DNA of 64,000 nucleotides from an uncultured virus (IMG/VR IMGVR_UViG_3300042691_044383) (IMGVR_UViG_3300042691_044383:1-64000); one strand, 5' to 3'. Shown: positions 38,326 through 47,935, numbered from the stretch's first letter. Numbers and translations are program-made. The notes: generated by a model from the letters alone, not told the origin.

Positions 38326-38718
38326 TTACATGAATGCAGCGTAAGAGACGTCTTGCGTTTTGTCCTTGAACTTTTCACCGGCAGGTGTCAGCTGCAGTGT
38401 GCCGTGGACTTCGAAAATGCAGTCGTCGTGCGCGCGGGTTTCATCGTAACTCCCGCCGTTATCTTTGTTGTAGTAGGTAAAAGACAGTGTAAGGCCTTTA
38501 CCGTCGACCTCGGTAGCTTTGTTAAAAGCTGCGAGCAGGTTTCCGACAAGCACGTTTGTTTGCTCTTCGGTAGTTTCGGCTAGCAAGCTTTCAGCGAGAT
38601 TGCCCCAGCTTTCAAACTCGGCGTGGTTTTCAATCGCAGCTATTTCTTGCGGGCAAAGCGCTTTCACGGTTTCGTATTCAAAAGCTTTTGCGCTGCAAGC
38701 GGCGTATCCCATTCCCAT
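38326..38718 (-). CDS. Hypothetical protein
   Basis: 130 aa; GGAG SD. Confidence 0.65.
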   Translation of the reverse strand: MGMGYAACSAKAFEYETVKALCPQEIAAIENHAEFESWGNLAESLLAETTEEQTNVLVGNLLAAFNKATEVDGKGLTLSFTYYNKDNGGSYDETRAHDDCIFEVHGTLQLTPAGEKFKDKTQDVSYAAFM

Positions 38719-38848
38719 GTTTTGTTACTCCAGTTAAGTTCAAAGAAATTGCGGTTGCCACGTGGATTTACGACTCAAGCTCCGTTATTTCGACACCAAA
38801 CGGGATTCCTGTGTCGCTCATAATCAATCTCCTGAATAAAAAAAACCA

Positions 38849-39364
38849 CTAAAACAGCTTGACGCCGAAGGGGTCGCCGTGCTCGGACTGGAAAAGATTG
38901 AATGCCTCTTCGTAGCTGTAGACTTGAGGCCCGATACCTACTTGTTTTGACATTAAAAAAACAACTCGAAACTTCGAATCCTCTTCTCCAATAGCCGGAG
39001 TCTTGAATCTTAGAAGCACATTCCGCATGGGGTCCGCTTCCGCCGCATTCGCAAAGTGCCGGTACTGCTTTGGCTTCTCGATCTTTCGGACGATGACAGT
39101 GCCGTCAAGGTAAGTGCCAGGGCCAGCCGGCACCACCTTGCCGGCTCCGTTGATAAAAAATTCGCCGGCGACAGGTCTTCCAACCCTCACCGGATCCCAA
39201 CCGTCTGGGATTCCTTCCAGACTGAAAGCTTGTGTTTTGCCGACAATACGCTCGGCTCGCATGTCTTTACCTTTGAGGGCGTTGTTGATGTGACCTATCA
39301 AATCATCTGCATATCCCTCATCGTGCGTGATCTCAATCAACGATTTCTTAAATCTCATAATCAT
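38849..39364 (-). CDS. Hypothetical protein with IPDGW...RKIE module related to the mosaic proteins
   Basis: GIPDGW, IVRKIEKPKQYR, C-terminal G.PFGV. Confidence 0.65.
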   Translation of the reverse strand: MIMRFKKSLIEITHDEGYADDLIGHINNALKGKDMRAERIVGKTQAFSLEGIPDGWDPVRVGRPVAGEFFINGAGKVVPAGPGTYLDGTVIVRKIEKPKQYRHFANAAEADPMRNVLLRFKTPAIGEEDSKFRVVFLMSKQVGIGPQVYSYEEAFNLFQSEHGDPFGVKLF

Positions 39365-39438
39365 CTCCCAGTAAAATAAATTTCGAACACCGTAATTACC
39401 ATCTGCTTAACCGTTGGGTTTAACTCTTCATCGCCGAG

Positions 39439-39798
39439 TTACGTAAGGTTCTCTCCCCTCACGCAATCGATAGGCACACGAGCGATGGCGATGCACGCTT
39501 CCTGCATGTTCTCCAGTGCCTGTTCTTTCGTTGAGTACACCCCGCCAGCGAAAACGACAGCATGCGATTCCTCGTAGATCGTCGCCCAGGCCTCCATCTT
39601 GATTCGCGGCTTTGTGTCGATTAGGTCGTTTTTGTGATGGTAATCGCCATCGATGAAATATCGCCCGTTGTTCGCGTTCCATGTAGTAAGACTGTTGATA
39701 CCTTCTTTGACGCTGTACCCAATCGCAATCCTATCCTCGACTGCAACGATCTTGACGTCGCGTCCGTCCCGTGTTTTGTACATGCCTACTGTGAGCAT
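39439..39798 (-). CDS. Hypothetical phage protein
   Basis: YKTRDGR..W...G.Y....DL pattern; AGGA SD. Confidence 0.7.
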   Translation of the reverse strand: MLTVGMYKTRDGRDVKIVAVEDRIAIGYSVKEGINSLTTWNANNGRYFIDGDYHHKNDLIDTKPRIKMEAWATIYEESHAVVFAGGVYSTKEQALENMQEACIAIARVPIDCVRGENLT

Positions 39799-39845
39799 TG
39801 CTTCATTTCCTTTCGACTTTGAAGTTTTAATCGTGAATGTAAAAG

Positions 39846-40061
39846 CTAGGCGTCACTGGCTTCCATCGCCTTGACGTGTTCAAACAGAATAACCACGCAT
39901 TGAGCAGCGAATACTGCATTTTCGCCGCGAAGTTCGGGTTTTGCTTGTCCGCTCGCAACCAAACGGAAGTATTGCTCAAACGCATCGCTTTGAGCGACAT
40001 GGGCAAGATGATTTAACTTTCGGAACTTCTCAAAAAGCTCCTCTAATGTTGGTGCGCTCAC
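39846..40061 (-). CDS. Small hypothetical protein
   Basis: GTG start inside 25-bp junction repeat. Confidence 0.5.
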   Translation of the reverse strand: MSAPTLEELFEKFRKLNHLAHVAQSDAFEQYFRLVASGQAKPELRGENAVFAAQCVVILFEHVKAMEASDA

Positions 40062-40111
40062 GTGTCACCGCCTTTCGCTGCTTGTGTAGAATCAGTCAAA
40101 TTGCTCATGCT

Positions 40112-40372
40112 TCATCGTTTCCAACTGTCAAGAATTTTTGCAACGCTTTCCCCGTCTGTTCGTTCGATCAAAACAAAAAAATCGTTGTCATCGTAGCTAC
40201 CATCGCTATCTCTGTAGCGATGGACGCTGTAACCCATTTTCCGCAATTCCTTCATTGCCTTTCGTAGTTGCTCACGATTTACATTAAAACTAGGTACTGA
40301 TAAACCTAATTGTGGTGTATACGCTTGGGCGTCCGTATCCCATGTCCCAACGGAATACAGTTGTTCGCTCAC
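40112..40372 (-). CDS. Small hypothetical protein
   Basis: GTGA-coupled to pentapeptide gene. Confidence 0.6.
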   Translation of the reverse strand: MSEQLYSVGTWDTDAQAYTPQLGLSVPSFNVNREQLRKAMKELRKMGYSVHRYRDSDGSYDDNDFFVLIERTDGESVAKILDSWKR

Positions 40373-40968
40373 GCGTCACCGCCTTTCGCTTTTGCCATCA
40401 CGCACTTAATGACCGCTTTAACCGCTTCGCCGTGCGTAGCCCACCAAGAAGACGCATCGCCGTGCATCTTCTTGATCTCTTCGCTTTCAGGCGTCCACGC
40501 TAACCAGTCCTCGTTAATGCGCTGCTGGCAGCCGATAGCTGTTCGGTCTGCGTAAACGCAAATCGACCATCCGCCAAAATCCATACGGCAAATCGAAGCG
40601 TCGATTTCGGCCTCAATAAGATTAGCCTCGTCAAGGTCAGCGCCGCCAAGGTTGGCCCCGCTAAGGTTGGCCTCTTCAAGGTTGGCCCCGCAAAGGTTGG
40701 CCCCGCTAAGGTTGGCCCCTTCAAGGTTGGCCCCGCAAAGGTTGGCCCCGCTAAGGTTGGCCCCTTCAAGGTTGGCCCGGCTAAGGTTGGCCCCGCGAAG
40801 GTCGGCCCCGCTAAGGTTGGCCCATTCAAGGTTGGCCCTGCGAAGGTCGGCCCCGACAAGGTTGGCCCGGCTTAGGTTGGCCCCGGCAAGGCAGGCCCTT
40901 TTGCCGCCCTCGTTACGCAACCACTTATCGTGATCGTCCAGGATTGCTTTTAGTTCTTCAGGTTTCAT
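40369..40968 (-). CDS. Pentapeptide repeat protein
   Basis: Tandem A(N/D)Lxx repeats (15-bp DNA period, about 40610-40895); IL..H.KWL..EGG.RA N-cap; IGCQ C-domain. Confidence 0.93.
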   Translation of the reverse strand: MKPEELKAILDDHDKWLRNEGGKRACLAGANLSRANLVGADLRRANLEWANLSGADLRGANLSRANLEGANLSGANLCGANLEGANLSGANLCGANLEEANLSGANLGGADLDEANLIEAEIDASICRMDFGGWSICVYADRTAIGCQQRINEDWLAWTPESEEIKKMHGDASSWWATHGEAVKAVIKCVMAKAKGGDA

Positions 40969-41030
40969 GCGTTATTGCCTTTCGTTGGAAGTTATTTTTT
41001 GTTTTTCAAAGTCTGCCTCTGAAAGCTTGC

Positions 41031-41249
41031 TTACTCTTCGGCAACTAAGCCTCTTTGTTTAAACCATTCCTGCTCCGTGCCAAAAGTGTACGGTTTAAAG
41101 TTTGGACCCATGTTATGACTTAAATGCGTAACACGTATTCGCTCGCACTGAAACACGGGTTCCGGTTCGTCTTTTTCGCGTCGAAACTCGAGCACAGAGC
41201 CGTCTGACCGTTTTAGCGTAAATTCGTCTCCTTGTTTTATTTTTTTCAA
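41031..41249 (-). CDS. Small hypothetical protein
   Basis: TTGA-coupled. Confidence 0.5.
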   Translation of the reverse strand: MKKIKQGDEFTLKRSDGSVLEFRREKDEPEPVFQCERIRVTHLSHNMGPNFKPYTFGTEQEWFKQRGLVAEE

Positions 41250-41470
41250 TCGGCACCTTCTCTGTCGTCATACAGGTCTACGCCAATTATCTCTCCGCCT
41301 TCGCCGTCCAGAACGATTGCAGCATAGCCGCTGTCCGGATAGTCCTCGCGAAGCCGACGCTGGCAAAAACTTTCAAAAGCAAGCCAAATCAATTCGGCCT
41401 GCGACTCGGTCGCCGAAAGCTGCTGCACTAGCAGCAGCTTTAACATTTCTTCAGGTTTCGGTTTCGTCAC
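41246..41470 (-). CDS. Small hypothetical protein
   Basis: 74-aa ORF fits operon spacing. Confidence 0.5.
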   Translation of the reverse strand: MTKPKPEEMLKLLLVQQLSATESQAELIWLAFESFCQRRLREDYPDSGYAAIVLDGEGGEIIGVDLYDDREGAD

Positions 41471-41499
41471 TGTGCGGTTAAGCCTTCTTTAATTGCTGT

Positions 41500-42939
41500 T
41501 TAAGTTCGAAAGCAATGATTAAACTGTCTTCGGTTCTGCATCACTTCCGCCGCAAAAAAAGTTAAACGCGAAGCAAAGTCTTCATCGTGAAAACGAAGAC
41601 CGTATTGTCCGTGCACAAATTCGTGCGCGGCCACGAGGATCAGTAAATCCTTGTCTTTTGCCGAAAACCGTTTCTTGAAATTCGGCAACACCGGGTTGAT
41701 GTAATAGATGCTCTCGTTTTCGTGAAGCTCGTGCTGTGCCAAGGTCGCGTCTTCAGTAGCATCGTCGAAAACAAAACCGATCGAGAAGCTTGCCGATACT
41801 TTTGCGATACGGTGCAGTTCAATCATGATTTTACGCCAAGTGTCTGCAAGCTTCCTGGCGTGCGGCTGCATGCTTTCACCTGGAAGAAATCGCTTCGGGA
41901 TTCGTCGGCTCATCTTGTTGTAAACAACAAACCGCATTTCTCCGACGCCTCGCCTTGCGTTGGAACAAGTCGGCGAGGCGGCCAAGTTCGCAGAGCTACC
42001 GAACAGGACATGTCGTAAGGGTGCTGAAGACTCTTGCAGCGTCTCAGCGCTATCGCTTGCTTCGGTAACACTTTCCTCTTTTGCAGGCTGCGTTTCAAAC
42101 AGACAAGCAACTCGAGTGTCCCCGAAAAACTCACGCGTTTGCCTGGTCGGCGACAAAGCACTTCGCCGGTCTACGGCGAGCTCCGTCAGAAAGGAATCAA
42201 GCTCCGCTGAGAACTTACCGAGTAAACCGTCGCGATTGCTTGTCAGGCGATCTACGCTTGATCCGCTGAGCTCGAGAACGACGCAACGGTCCAGCTGCGT
42301 ACTTCGAGTAAACATTGGAATGCCGTTTATGCGAACCACCAGCAGTTGCTTCTCGTGGTTGTTCGTATAGACCTCGCCGAAAGTTAAGCTTCTGCGGTGT
42401 TTCCCCTTGCGTAAATCTGGAGACCTTAAATCGCCTTCAAGTCGGATGTTGCCGGACCACTGTGCGAGGCTTACAAAGCGTTCCGCATGTGCCCTCAAGG
42501 AATCCGCAAAAAGGCCTTTAATCTTGACCTTTGACATGGTGTTCGCGACATCAGAAGTTGTCGTTACGGTGTAGTCACCGCCCCTGCCTTTAACGTGCAA
42601 GTTACCGGTGATAATTTCGTAGCTTTCTTGGGCGAAGTACAGCAGCGTTTTGGCCTTACCAAAACCGCCAACTGTTCCCTCGAAGCCTTTTCCGGTGCCA
42701 CCTAAAGCAAAAAGCTTGTTTTCAATTGTTTCCAAATCCATGTGCTTACCGTCGTTACCCCAGGTAACGATCGTGTAACCGTCTTCTTCGGTGACATTGA
42801 ACCAGCTGTTTTTGCATCTCGGTGCGTCGATGCAGTTTTGCAATGCCTCACGAACAAAAGCCCATCGCCAATTTGCGTATTCTCGAAGTTCTTTTGCAAA
42901 GAACTCCGGTCCAATTTTTACGGATTTTGCTTCAGCCAT
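41500..42939 (-). CDS. GHKL (HSP90-like) ATPase fused to C-terminal HExxH domain
   Basis: REALQNCIDA, NDG.HM, GGTGK..GGFG.AK; AAHEFVH...HDEDF. Confidence 0.8.
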   Translation of the reverse strand: MAEAKSVKIGPEFFAKELREYANWRWAFVREALQNCIDAPRCKNSWFNVTEEDGYTIVTWGNDGKHMDLETIENKLFALGGTGKGFEGTVGGFGKAKTLLYFAQESYEIITGNLHVKGRGGDYTVTTTSDVANTMSKVKIKGLFADSLRAHAERFVSLAQWSGNIRLEGDLRSPDLRKGKHRRSLTFGEVYTNNHEKQLLVVRINGIPMFTRSTQLDRCVVLELSGSSVDRLTSNRDGLLGKFSAELDSFLTELAVDRRSALSPTRQTREFFGDTRVACLFETQPAKEESVTEASDSAETLQESSAPLRHVLFGSSANLAASPTCSNARRGVGEMRFVVYNKMSRRIPKRFLPGESMQPHARKLADTWRKIMIELHRIAKVSASFSIGFVFDDATEDATLAQHELHENESIYYINPVLPNFKKRFSAKDKDLLILVAAHEFVHGQYGLRFHDEDFASRLTFFAAEVMQNRRQFNHCFRT

Positions 42940-42943
42940 TGTT

Positions 42944-43294
42944 TTATCCTTCTAAATTGTTGCTTGTTTCGGTCGTTTCAGCTGTCGAGCGATTGGCCTT
43001 ATCAGCTTCGACAAGTTGCCTTGCGGCCTCTTTTAGAATGCAAATGTGGCCGTTGAGGGTCAAATAATCGCCGCACTCCTCCATTTTTGACGTTGTCTCG
43101 GCTAAACCGCCGTGGGAAGTTATTCCTTCCCACTTGGCCAAGGGGATATCGTTGAAGCTCGGATCTCGTGACGCCACCAGCTGACTAAGTCCGATGCGAC
43201 CCAAAACACGCGTCTTGTATGTATTGTTTACGAACTGCCCGTAATAGGCTTGGTGGGTTGCCTTACCTGCGATATAGTCTTTTCTGGATATCAT
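42944..43294 (-). CDS. Hypothetical protein
   Basis: ATGA-coupled 116 aa. Confidence 0.65.
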   Translation of the reverse strand: MISRKDYIAGKATHQAYYGQFVNNTYKTRVLGRIGLSQLVASRDPSFNDIPLAKWEGITSHGGLAETTSKMEECGDYLTLNGHICILKEAARQLVEADKANRSTAETTETSNNLEG

Positions 43295-44007
43295 TCGTAA
43301 GTGTTCGTCCTTTCAAAGTTAGGTTTTGTGTTCTCGCGAAGCCACTTGGCCTGCGATGTCATGTTGTCGCTGCCGTTTTCAGCGGCATACGCAGCCGCGG
43401 TCGAGGCGTGTTTTGCTGCGGCACGAGCCTCCATCGCACACGAAGCCCAGGCAGCGTCAAAAAGTGCCGGGCGACGTGTCTCAGAGTGCACAAGCCGAGC
43501 TCCCTCCCTGGCTTCGGTTAACTCGTTCTCCGTGGCGCTATCGTTGGCAAACAGCTCGGCAACGTCGATAGCTTTTGTTGTTCTTTCGTCCTTTAAAAGA
43601 TGCTCAGCCGATCTTGCGCAGTGAACCGCGAAAAGACGTAGTTCCTTGTCGCTTAAAACACCTGGCTGAAGGGCAACCCGGATTAGCCACGAGGGTTTCA
43701 GTTTGTCCCAAGCATCTTGCATCTCCGTACAATTTTCTTCCGCCCACCGGTATACGTCACCAAGGCTAGCGTGCCGCTCGAAAAACGTTCTGACAGTCAC
43801 CGGCCACGCATGATGGCTTGGCCAGTCCGACAAGAGACTTCCGTATTCTGAATCGTCTTGGGTAAAAGAAATCGTACACGTTTCACCGTTCAATAGATCG
43901 GCAATATCTTGCGGGTCCCACTCTAAAGCTACGTCCTCGATTAGCCCGTCGATGTACACGCCGACCCATCCTGCAGCGTCTTCAACAAAAACAACATTTC
44001 GCACCAT
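43291..44007 (-). CDS. Imm5-like helical protein, paralog A (extra acidic N-terminal domain)
   Basis: VLSDKELRLFAVHCARS...D.R...AI..AE.FA...KWLRENTKPNFE. Confidence 0.65.
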   Translation of the reverse strand: MVRNVVFVEDAAGWVGVYIDGLIEDVALEWDPQDIADLLNGETCTISFTQDDSEYGSLLSDWPSHHAWPVTVRTFFERHASLGDVYRWAEENCTEMQDAWDKLKPSWLIRVALQPGVLSDKELRLFAVHCARSAEHLLKDERTTKAIDVAELFANDSATENELTEAREGARLVHSETRRPALFDAAWASCAMEARAAAKHASTAAAYAAENGSDNMTSQAKWLRENTKPNFERTNTYE

Positions 44008-44134
44008 TGAATCACCCTATCTTGATTTTTGCTGTTGTATGACACGTTCAATTCTTCGGTTTTTGTCGCTACAAGCTTCGACTTGCATTAACACGAAAGC
44101 GAAAATGAACAAAAAAACAATGACTCCCGATTCT

Positions 44135-44875
44135 TTATGCACGAGACAATGTCCCCCATTGAGTACAGGTTTTACCCGCAGCCAATAGCTCTTCGCGGAT
44201 TTCAAGATACTTCCTGTCACATCCAGCACACGTGTACGTAGACCAGATGTCCCAAACCGCAGCGTCAAGATTGGCGTTCTTCCAGTCGAAGTCGTACGCG
44301 TTTTCGTGCACGAGGGTTATCGGCTTGTCGGACACGGCTTTCAGCTTTTCGCCGAAGTAGTTCAAGACGTCTTGGTTCCGGTCAATAATAACTACTTCGG
44401 TTACTTTAGAACGCCGTAAAACCTGGTACGCAAACCAGCCTAGACCCATTCCGGCGATCACCGTCTTGCCTTTTGTTTTTGCAATTTGCGATCGCTGGGT
44501 GCGTATTTCCATGGGAGTAAAACTCATCCAGGGCATGCCTTGCGGACTCTGTAAAAGCGGTATTAAGACGTTCGCGGAAAACCCGATTCTTTTTCTGCTT
44601 TTTGGCTCGACTTCAAGCCAGTTTCTACGCATCGTCGGTCGCTCTCTCAGGATTCCGCTGATAGCCGATTCAAACGGATAAACAGCATTGAAAAAGCGAA
44701 AACCGCCGAGATTGATGGCGTTTTCAGGTGGCCGGTGCGGCGAGCCCTCAGGCAGACCTTTTGTCCACGGCAAATGTTCTTCGCATAAAGCCTTAAAGCT
44801 TTCTGCGTTGAACACGGTGTAATCCTGGCTCAGCTTGAAATCGAGCGTTATATCGACTGTTTCTTTCGTTAACAT
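44135..44875 (-). CDS. SAM-dependent methyltransferase fold (spermidine synthase-like) protein
   Basis: WMS.TP.E, VIAGMGLG, VVIID, WDIW. Confidence 0.75.
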   Translation of the reverse strand: MLTKETVDITLDFKLSQDYTVFNAESFKALCEEHLPWTKGLPEGSPHRPPENAINLGGFRFFNAVYPFESAISGILRERPTMRRNWLEVEPKSRKRIGFSANVLIPLLQSPQGMPWMSFTPMEIRTQRSQIAKTKGKTVIAGMGLGWFAYQVLRRSKVTEVVIIDRNQDVLNYFGEKLKAVSDKPITLVHENAYDFDWKNANLDAAVWDIWSTYTCAGCDRKYLEIREELLAAGKTCTQWGTLSRA

Positions 44876-44877
44876 GT

Positions 44878-45477
44878 CTATTCCTCAAAGTTCGGTTTTG
44901 TGTTTTCGCGAAGCCATTTGACCTTTTCTTGTAAATTGGCTTGCATGGCTCTTTCTCGGGCCCGCAAAGGGTTTCCTCCTTTTAGCAAATCTTGGCTTTC
45001 GGCTTCGCTGTTCTCGGCGTCGCGTGCAACAGCCCAAGCTGATGCCCAGGCAATCTCGTCAGCGTCCGCAGCCTTGTAACAATTCTTCGGAAGCATGATC
45101 CGCATAACCCCCCACGCGGCTCTATTCGCGTGTAACTCAGGCGAATCAATTGCCAAAGAGGTGTTCAATAAGAAATTCTCGTCGCTAAACAAATCATCCA
45201 CCGCAGCCTTGCCGTTCAGGATTCTTTCAGCAGTTTTAACGCCCTTCTTAAGTCGCGAATCGGTTAAGAATCGCTCAACGGAGCGAGCGCAGTAAACCGC
45301 AAACAGCTGCAGCTCTTTGTCTGTTAGAACCCCGGGCTGACAAGCAACCCAAAGGAACCACTCGGCGTCGTCCAACTTGTTCCAAACATCCTGCATGTCT
45401 GTGCAATTCGCTAAGGCCCATTCGCGGCCTTCCGGGCATGCACAATTGCGGGCACAAAACTTTGCAATCGAAATCAT
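44878..45477 (-). CDS. Imm5-like helical protein, paralog B
   Basis: Same conserved blocks as paralogs A and C. Confidence 0.65.
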   Translation of the reverse strand: MISIAKFCARNCACPEGREWALANCTDMQDVWNKLDDAEWFLWVACQPGVLTDKELQLFAVYCARSVERFLTDSRLKKGVKTAERILNGKAAVDDLFSDENFLLNTSLAIDSPELHANRAAWGVMRIMLPKNCYKAADADEIAWASAWAVARDAENSEAESQDLLKGGNPLRARERAMQANLQEKVKWLRENTKPNFEE

Positions 45478-45486
45478 AAGAACTCC

Positions 45487-45513
45487 ATAAAAAAACCCGC
45501 CTCGCGGCGGGTT
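45487..45513 (-). terminator. Intrinsic terminator abutting next SD
   Basis: AACCCGCC/GGCGGGTT stem, T-run, then ATGGAG on minus. Confidence 0.75.
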
Positions 45514-45528
45514 CGGTGTAGCTAAGGT

Positions 45529-45747
45529 TTATTCGGCCTGTAAGCCGTGGTCTAGAAACCACTTCTCACGCGTTGTTCCGTCAAAAACAACCACTACCTC
45601 GTCGTCTCGGTGCGTCGCGCGTCTTACCACTTTGCCGTGGTATTTCGGGCTGAACGGTAAACACTTGTCGCCTTCACGACTAAAAGTCCCGTCATCCATG
45701 TAAACGTTTCGCGTTATCCTGTCGCCGGGTTGCCATTTGTGTGCCAC
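45529..45747 (-). CDS. Small SH3-like hypothetical protein
   Basis: GTG 45747 with GGAGG SD just after dcd stop; WQPGDRI start. Confidence 0.55.
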   Translation of the reverse strand: MAHKWQPGDRITRNVYMDDGTFSREGDKCLPFSPKYHGKVVRRATHRDDEVVVVFDGTTREKWFLDHGLQAE

Positions 45748-45748
45748 T

Positions 45749-46318
45749 TTAACCTCCAGTATTCGCGGATCCGCCGGTGTGCCACTCGTCTTGTTCAAGG
45801 TATACATCGCTTGTGCGGGGTAGGCCTTGCGCAAAGTATTTTCCATTGTAAAGGCTTGGCGCTGTACCGTGAAAACGCGGTTCAAAAAAGTAAATTTGAC
45901 ATATTCGCATTCCGGAGTAAATTCGGACAGGGATCACGCAAGAGACCTCCAACGTCCACGTGCCATGAAAGCCAATGTCGCCGAAACCCGCGGTGGCGTG
46001 CACATTAATTCCGAGACGACCTATCGAAGAGCGACCTTCGATACATGGAACGTACTTGGAAGTTTGTGTTACTTCCTGCGTAGCCATGAGGTAAAGCTGG
46101 CCCGGTAGAAGCAGGTAACCCTCTACCGGGATTATTTCGGTTTCGAAAACAGGTTTCTTCTTCGCGTCAAGCGAGGGGCTAATGCTTGTAGCAATGAATT
46201 TGCTCAACCGAAGATCGTACGAGTTCGGTCCAAGCTGCTCCTTGCGGTACGGTGTTATATCGATATCGCCGTTTTCAATCGCGTTTTGAATCGCACTTCC
46301 GGTTAAAATCATGATCAC
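45749..46318 (-). CDS. dcd: dCTP deaminase
   Basis: NSYDLRL, EGRSSIGRLG, AGFGDIGFHGTWTLE, ICQI, GKY. Confidence 0.93.
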   Translation of the reverse strand: MIMILTGSAIQNAIENGDIDITPYRKEQLGPNSYDLRLSKFIATSISPSLDAKKKPVFETEIIPVEGYLLLPGQLYLMATQEVTQTSKYVPCIEGRSSIGRLGINVHATAGFGDIGFHGTWTLEVSCVIPVRIYSGMRICQIYFFEPRFHGTAPSLYNGKYFAQGLPRTSDVYLEQDEWHTGGSANTGG

Positions 46319-46866
46319 GCCTCAAAGTTAGGTTTTGTGTTTTCGCGGAGCCACTTAGCCTGGGCCAGCTGCATTGCGGCTGGCTTCTCCGGATCGAGAT
46401 ACCAAGTGCGTGCGATAGCCAAAGACGCATATGCCGCGTGAGACGCAAGGCTAAACGGCATTAAAAGTTTTCCAGTCAAAAGGTAGGCCAATTTGTTCGC
46501 CGCCCTTCCCCAGTTGGCGGTAAAAGTCGAGTAAACGTCAAACGTTTTAAACATTGTCGCGGCTGCCTCCCTGACTAGCTCTAGGTCAGTTACCGAAGCT
46601 TCGCCGTTGGCGAATTTTTCAGCAACGTTGACGCACTCGTTGATCCGAGGATCGGTTAAGAACTGTTCAAGTGATCTTACGCAATGGACTGCAAAAAGCC
46701 GCAGCTCCTTTTCGCTTAAAACACCGTGTCGCAAAGCAACCCAAATTAACCATTCGGGCTGTAGCTTGTTCCAAACATCCTGCATGTCTGTGCAATTCGC
46801 TAAGGCCCATTCGCGGCCTGCGTGGCAAGCATGTCTCGCAGTGCAAAATTCTTTGATCGTCAGCAT
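46315..46866 (-). CDS. Imm5-like helical protein, paralog C
   Basis: 55 bp identical to paralog B; same C-terminal block. Confidence 0.65.
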   Translation of the reverse strand: MLTIKEFCTARHACHAGREWALANCTDMQDVWNKLQPEWLIWVALRHGVLSEKELRLFAVHCVRSLEQFLTDPRINECVNVAEKFANGEASVTDLELVREAAATMFKTFDVYSTFTANWGRAANKLAYLLTGKLLMPFSLASHAAYASLAIARTWYLDPEKPAAMQLAQAKWLRENTKPNFEA

Positions 46867-46950
46867 TAGTCTGCCTTTCTTTCCGCTGCGGCCAGTGCCT
46901 GAGCCGATATTGCGGCAACGAAAAAAGCGAAAGCTATTAACGCGTGCGGA

Positions 46951-47166
46951 CTATTTCTTAGGTTTTCGATCGCTTCGTTCATCTTTTGCCTCCTCCCAAT
47001 CAATGGCCATTATGCCTTCGCGAACCGCGTCCGCCAAGGCACCAATTTCAGGATAGTGTATCGGCTTTCCGCCAGTGCGAAGGATAAAGCCGTTTTGAAT
47101 TTTTGTTATGCGTACGGAGGTAGTTACGTCATTACCTTCGGACGTGACGCCGAATTTGGGTAGCAT
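46951..47166 (-). CDS. Small hypothetical protein
   Basis: AGGAG SD; I.KIQNGFI motif. Confidence 0.6.
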   Translation of the reverse strand: MLPKFGVTSEGNDVTTSVRITKIQNGFILRTGGKPIHYPEIGALADAVREGIMAIDWEEAKDERSDRKPKK

Positions 47167-47177
47167 GTTGCTCCTAT

Positions 47178-47420
47178 CTAAGATTTAACGCAAGAACAGC
47201 ACCACCAGTAGTTGGTTGTTTCAGTTGTTTGGCACCAGTTTTTATCTCCGGGTGTCAGCTTTCTGCGACATATACCGCAGACTGTGTCTTTGGATCGCAA
47301 CGGTAGCGTCTTTAAAACTGGGCCGAATGCCTCAGGTACTGCTTCTTGCTTGGTGACGGCTTGAACTGCTTTTTTGCTCCCGGGGTTTGTCAACTCCGCG
47401 AGAAGATCTTCAATGTTCAT
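47178..47420 (-). CDS. Small Zn-ribbon protein
   Basis: CGIC and CSC near C-terminus; ATGA-coupled. Confidence 0.55.
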   Translation of the reverse strand: MNIEDLLAELTNPGSKKAVQAVTKQEAVPEAFGPVLKTLPLRSKDTVCGICRRKLTPGDKNWCQTTETTNYWWCCSCVKS

Positions 47421-47935
47421 GAAGGCTCGATTTCATAAATGTCTTTCTTGCCCATTATCGAAAGGGCGTTTTCAACGTACTGGGCATCTTTAGCGTCGGC
47501 GCGAGCGTACTTACTGATCTTGTCGACCAGCCTGTTTCCTTGCAGCGTTTCGCGTGGCAACCAATGCGTTTTAACAATAAGACCGAACGCCAGGAAGTCG
47601 GCCAAGAACTTGCCGCAAATAAAGCTGGGACTGGCGGTTGTAACCACCTGGCTATCGGTGAAGATGTGAACGTGCTTGCAGCTGGCAGTTTTTGTTTGCT
47701 GTCGCGAGAAGTGAATGAGCGGTTGAAGGTAAGCCATGTACTCGGCAACATTTACGGTGCCCTCGCTCAAGCTTCCGCTCCATGCCGTACGTTTCAGGCC
47801 TTCTTTCTCGATCGAAAGACACCCCCAACCGCAAGGTCCGGTCGCCGATCCCGAACCGTCTCCAATGAGCAAAATGTCCCACTTTTCGATTTGAAAATGA
47901 GCCAGGAGCTCTGATAAGTCTTTGAACTTTGACAT
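47417..47935 (-). CDS. Ribonuclease HI-like protein
   Basis: IGDGS..GWG, NVAE, FTDSQ, W.PR, N..VD; start reassigned to ATG 47935. Confidence 0.8.
   Translation of the reverse strand: MSKFKDLSELLAHFQIEKWDILLIGDGSGSATGPCGWGCLSIEKEGLKRTAWSGSLSEGTVNVAEYMAYLQPLIHFSRQQTKTASCKHVHIFTDSQVVTTASPSFICGKFLADFLAFGLIVKTHWLPRETLQGNRLVDKISKYARADAKDAQYVENALSIMGKKDIYEIEPS

Noticed and set aside
40610..40895. 15-bp tandem repeat as a guide-RNA array for the RAMP/Nop genes
   Set aside because: Fully explained by pentapeptide codons in an intact gene with normal flanking domains
43291..46866. Diversity-generating retroelement
   Set aside because: No reverse transcriptase in the window; differences between paralogs are not adenine-specific
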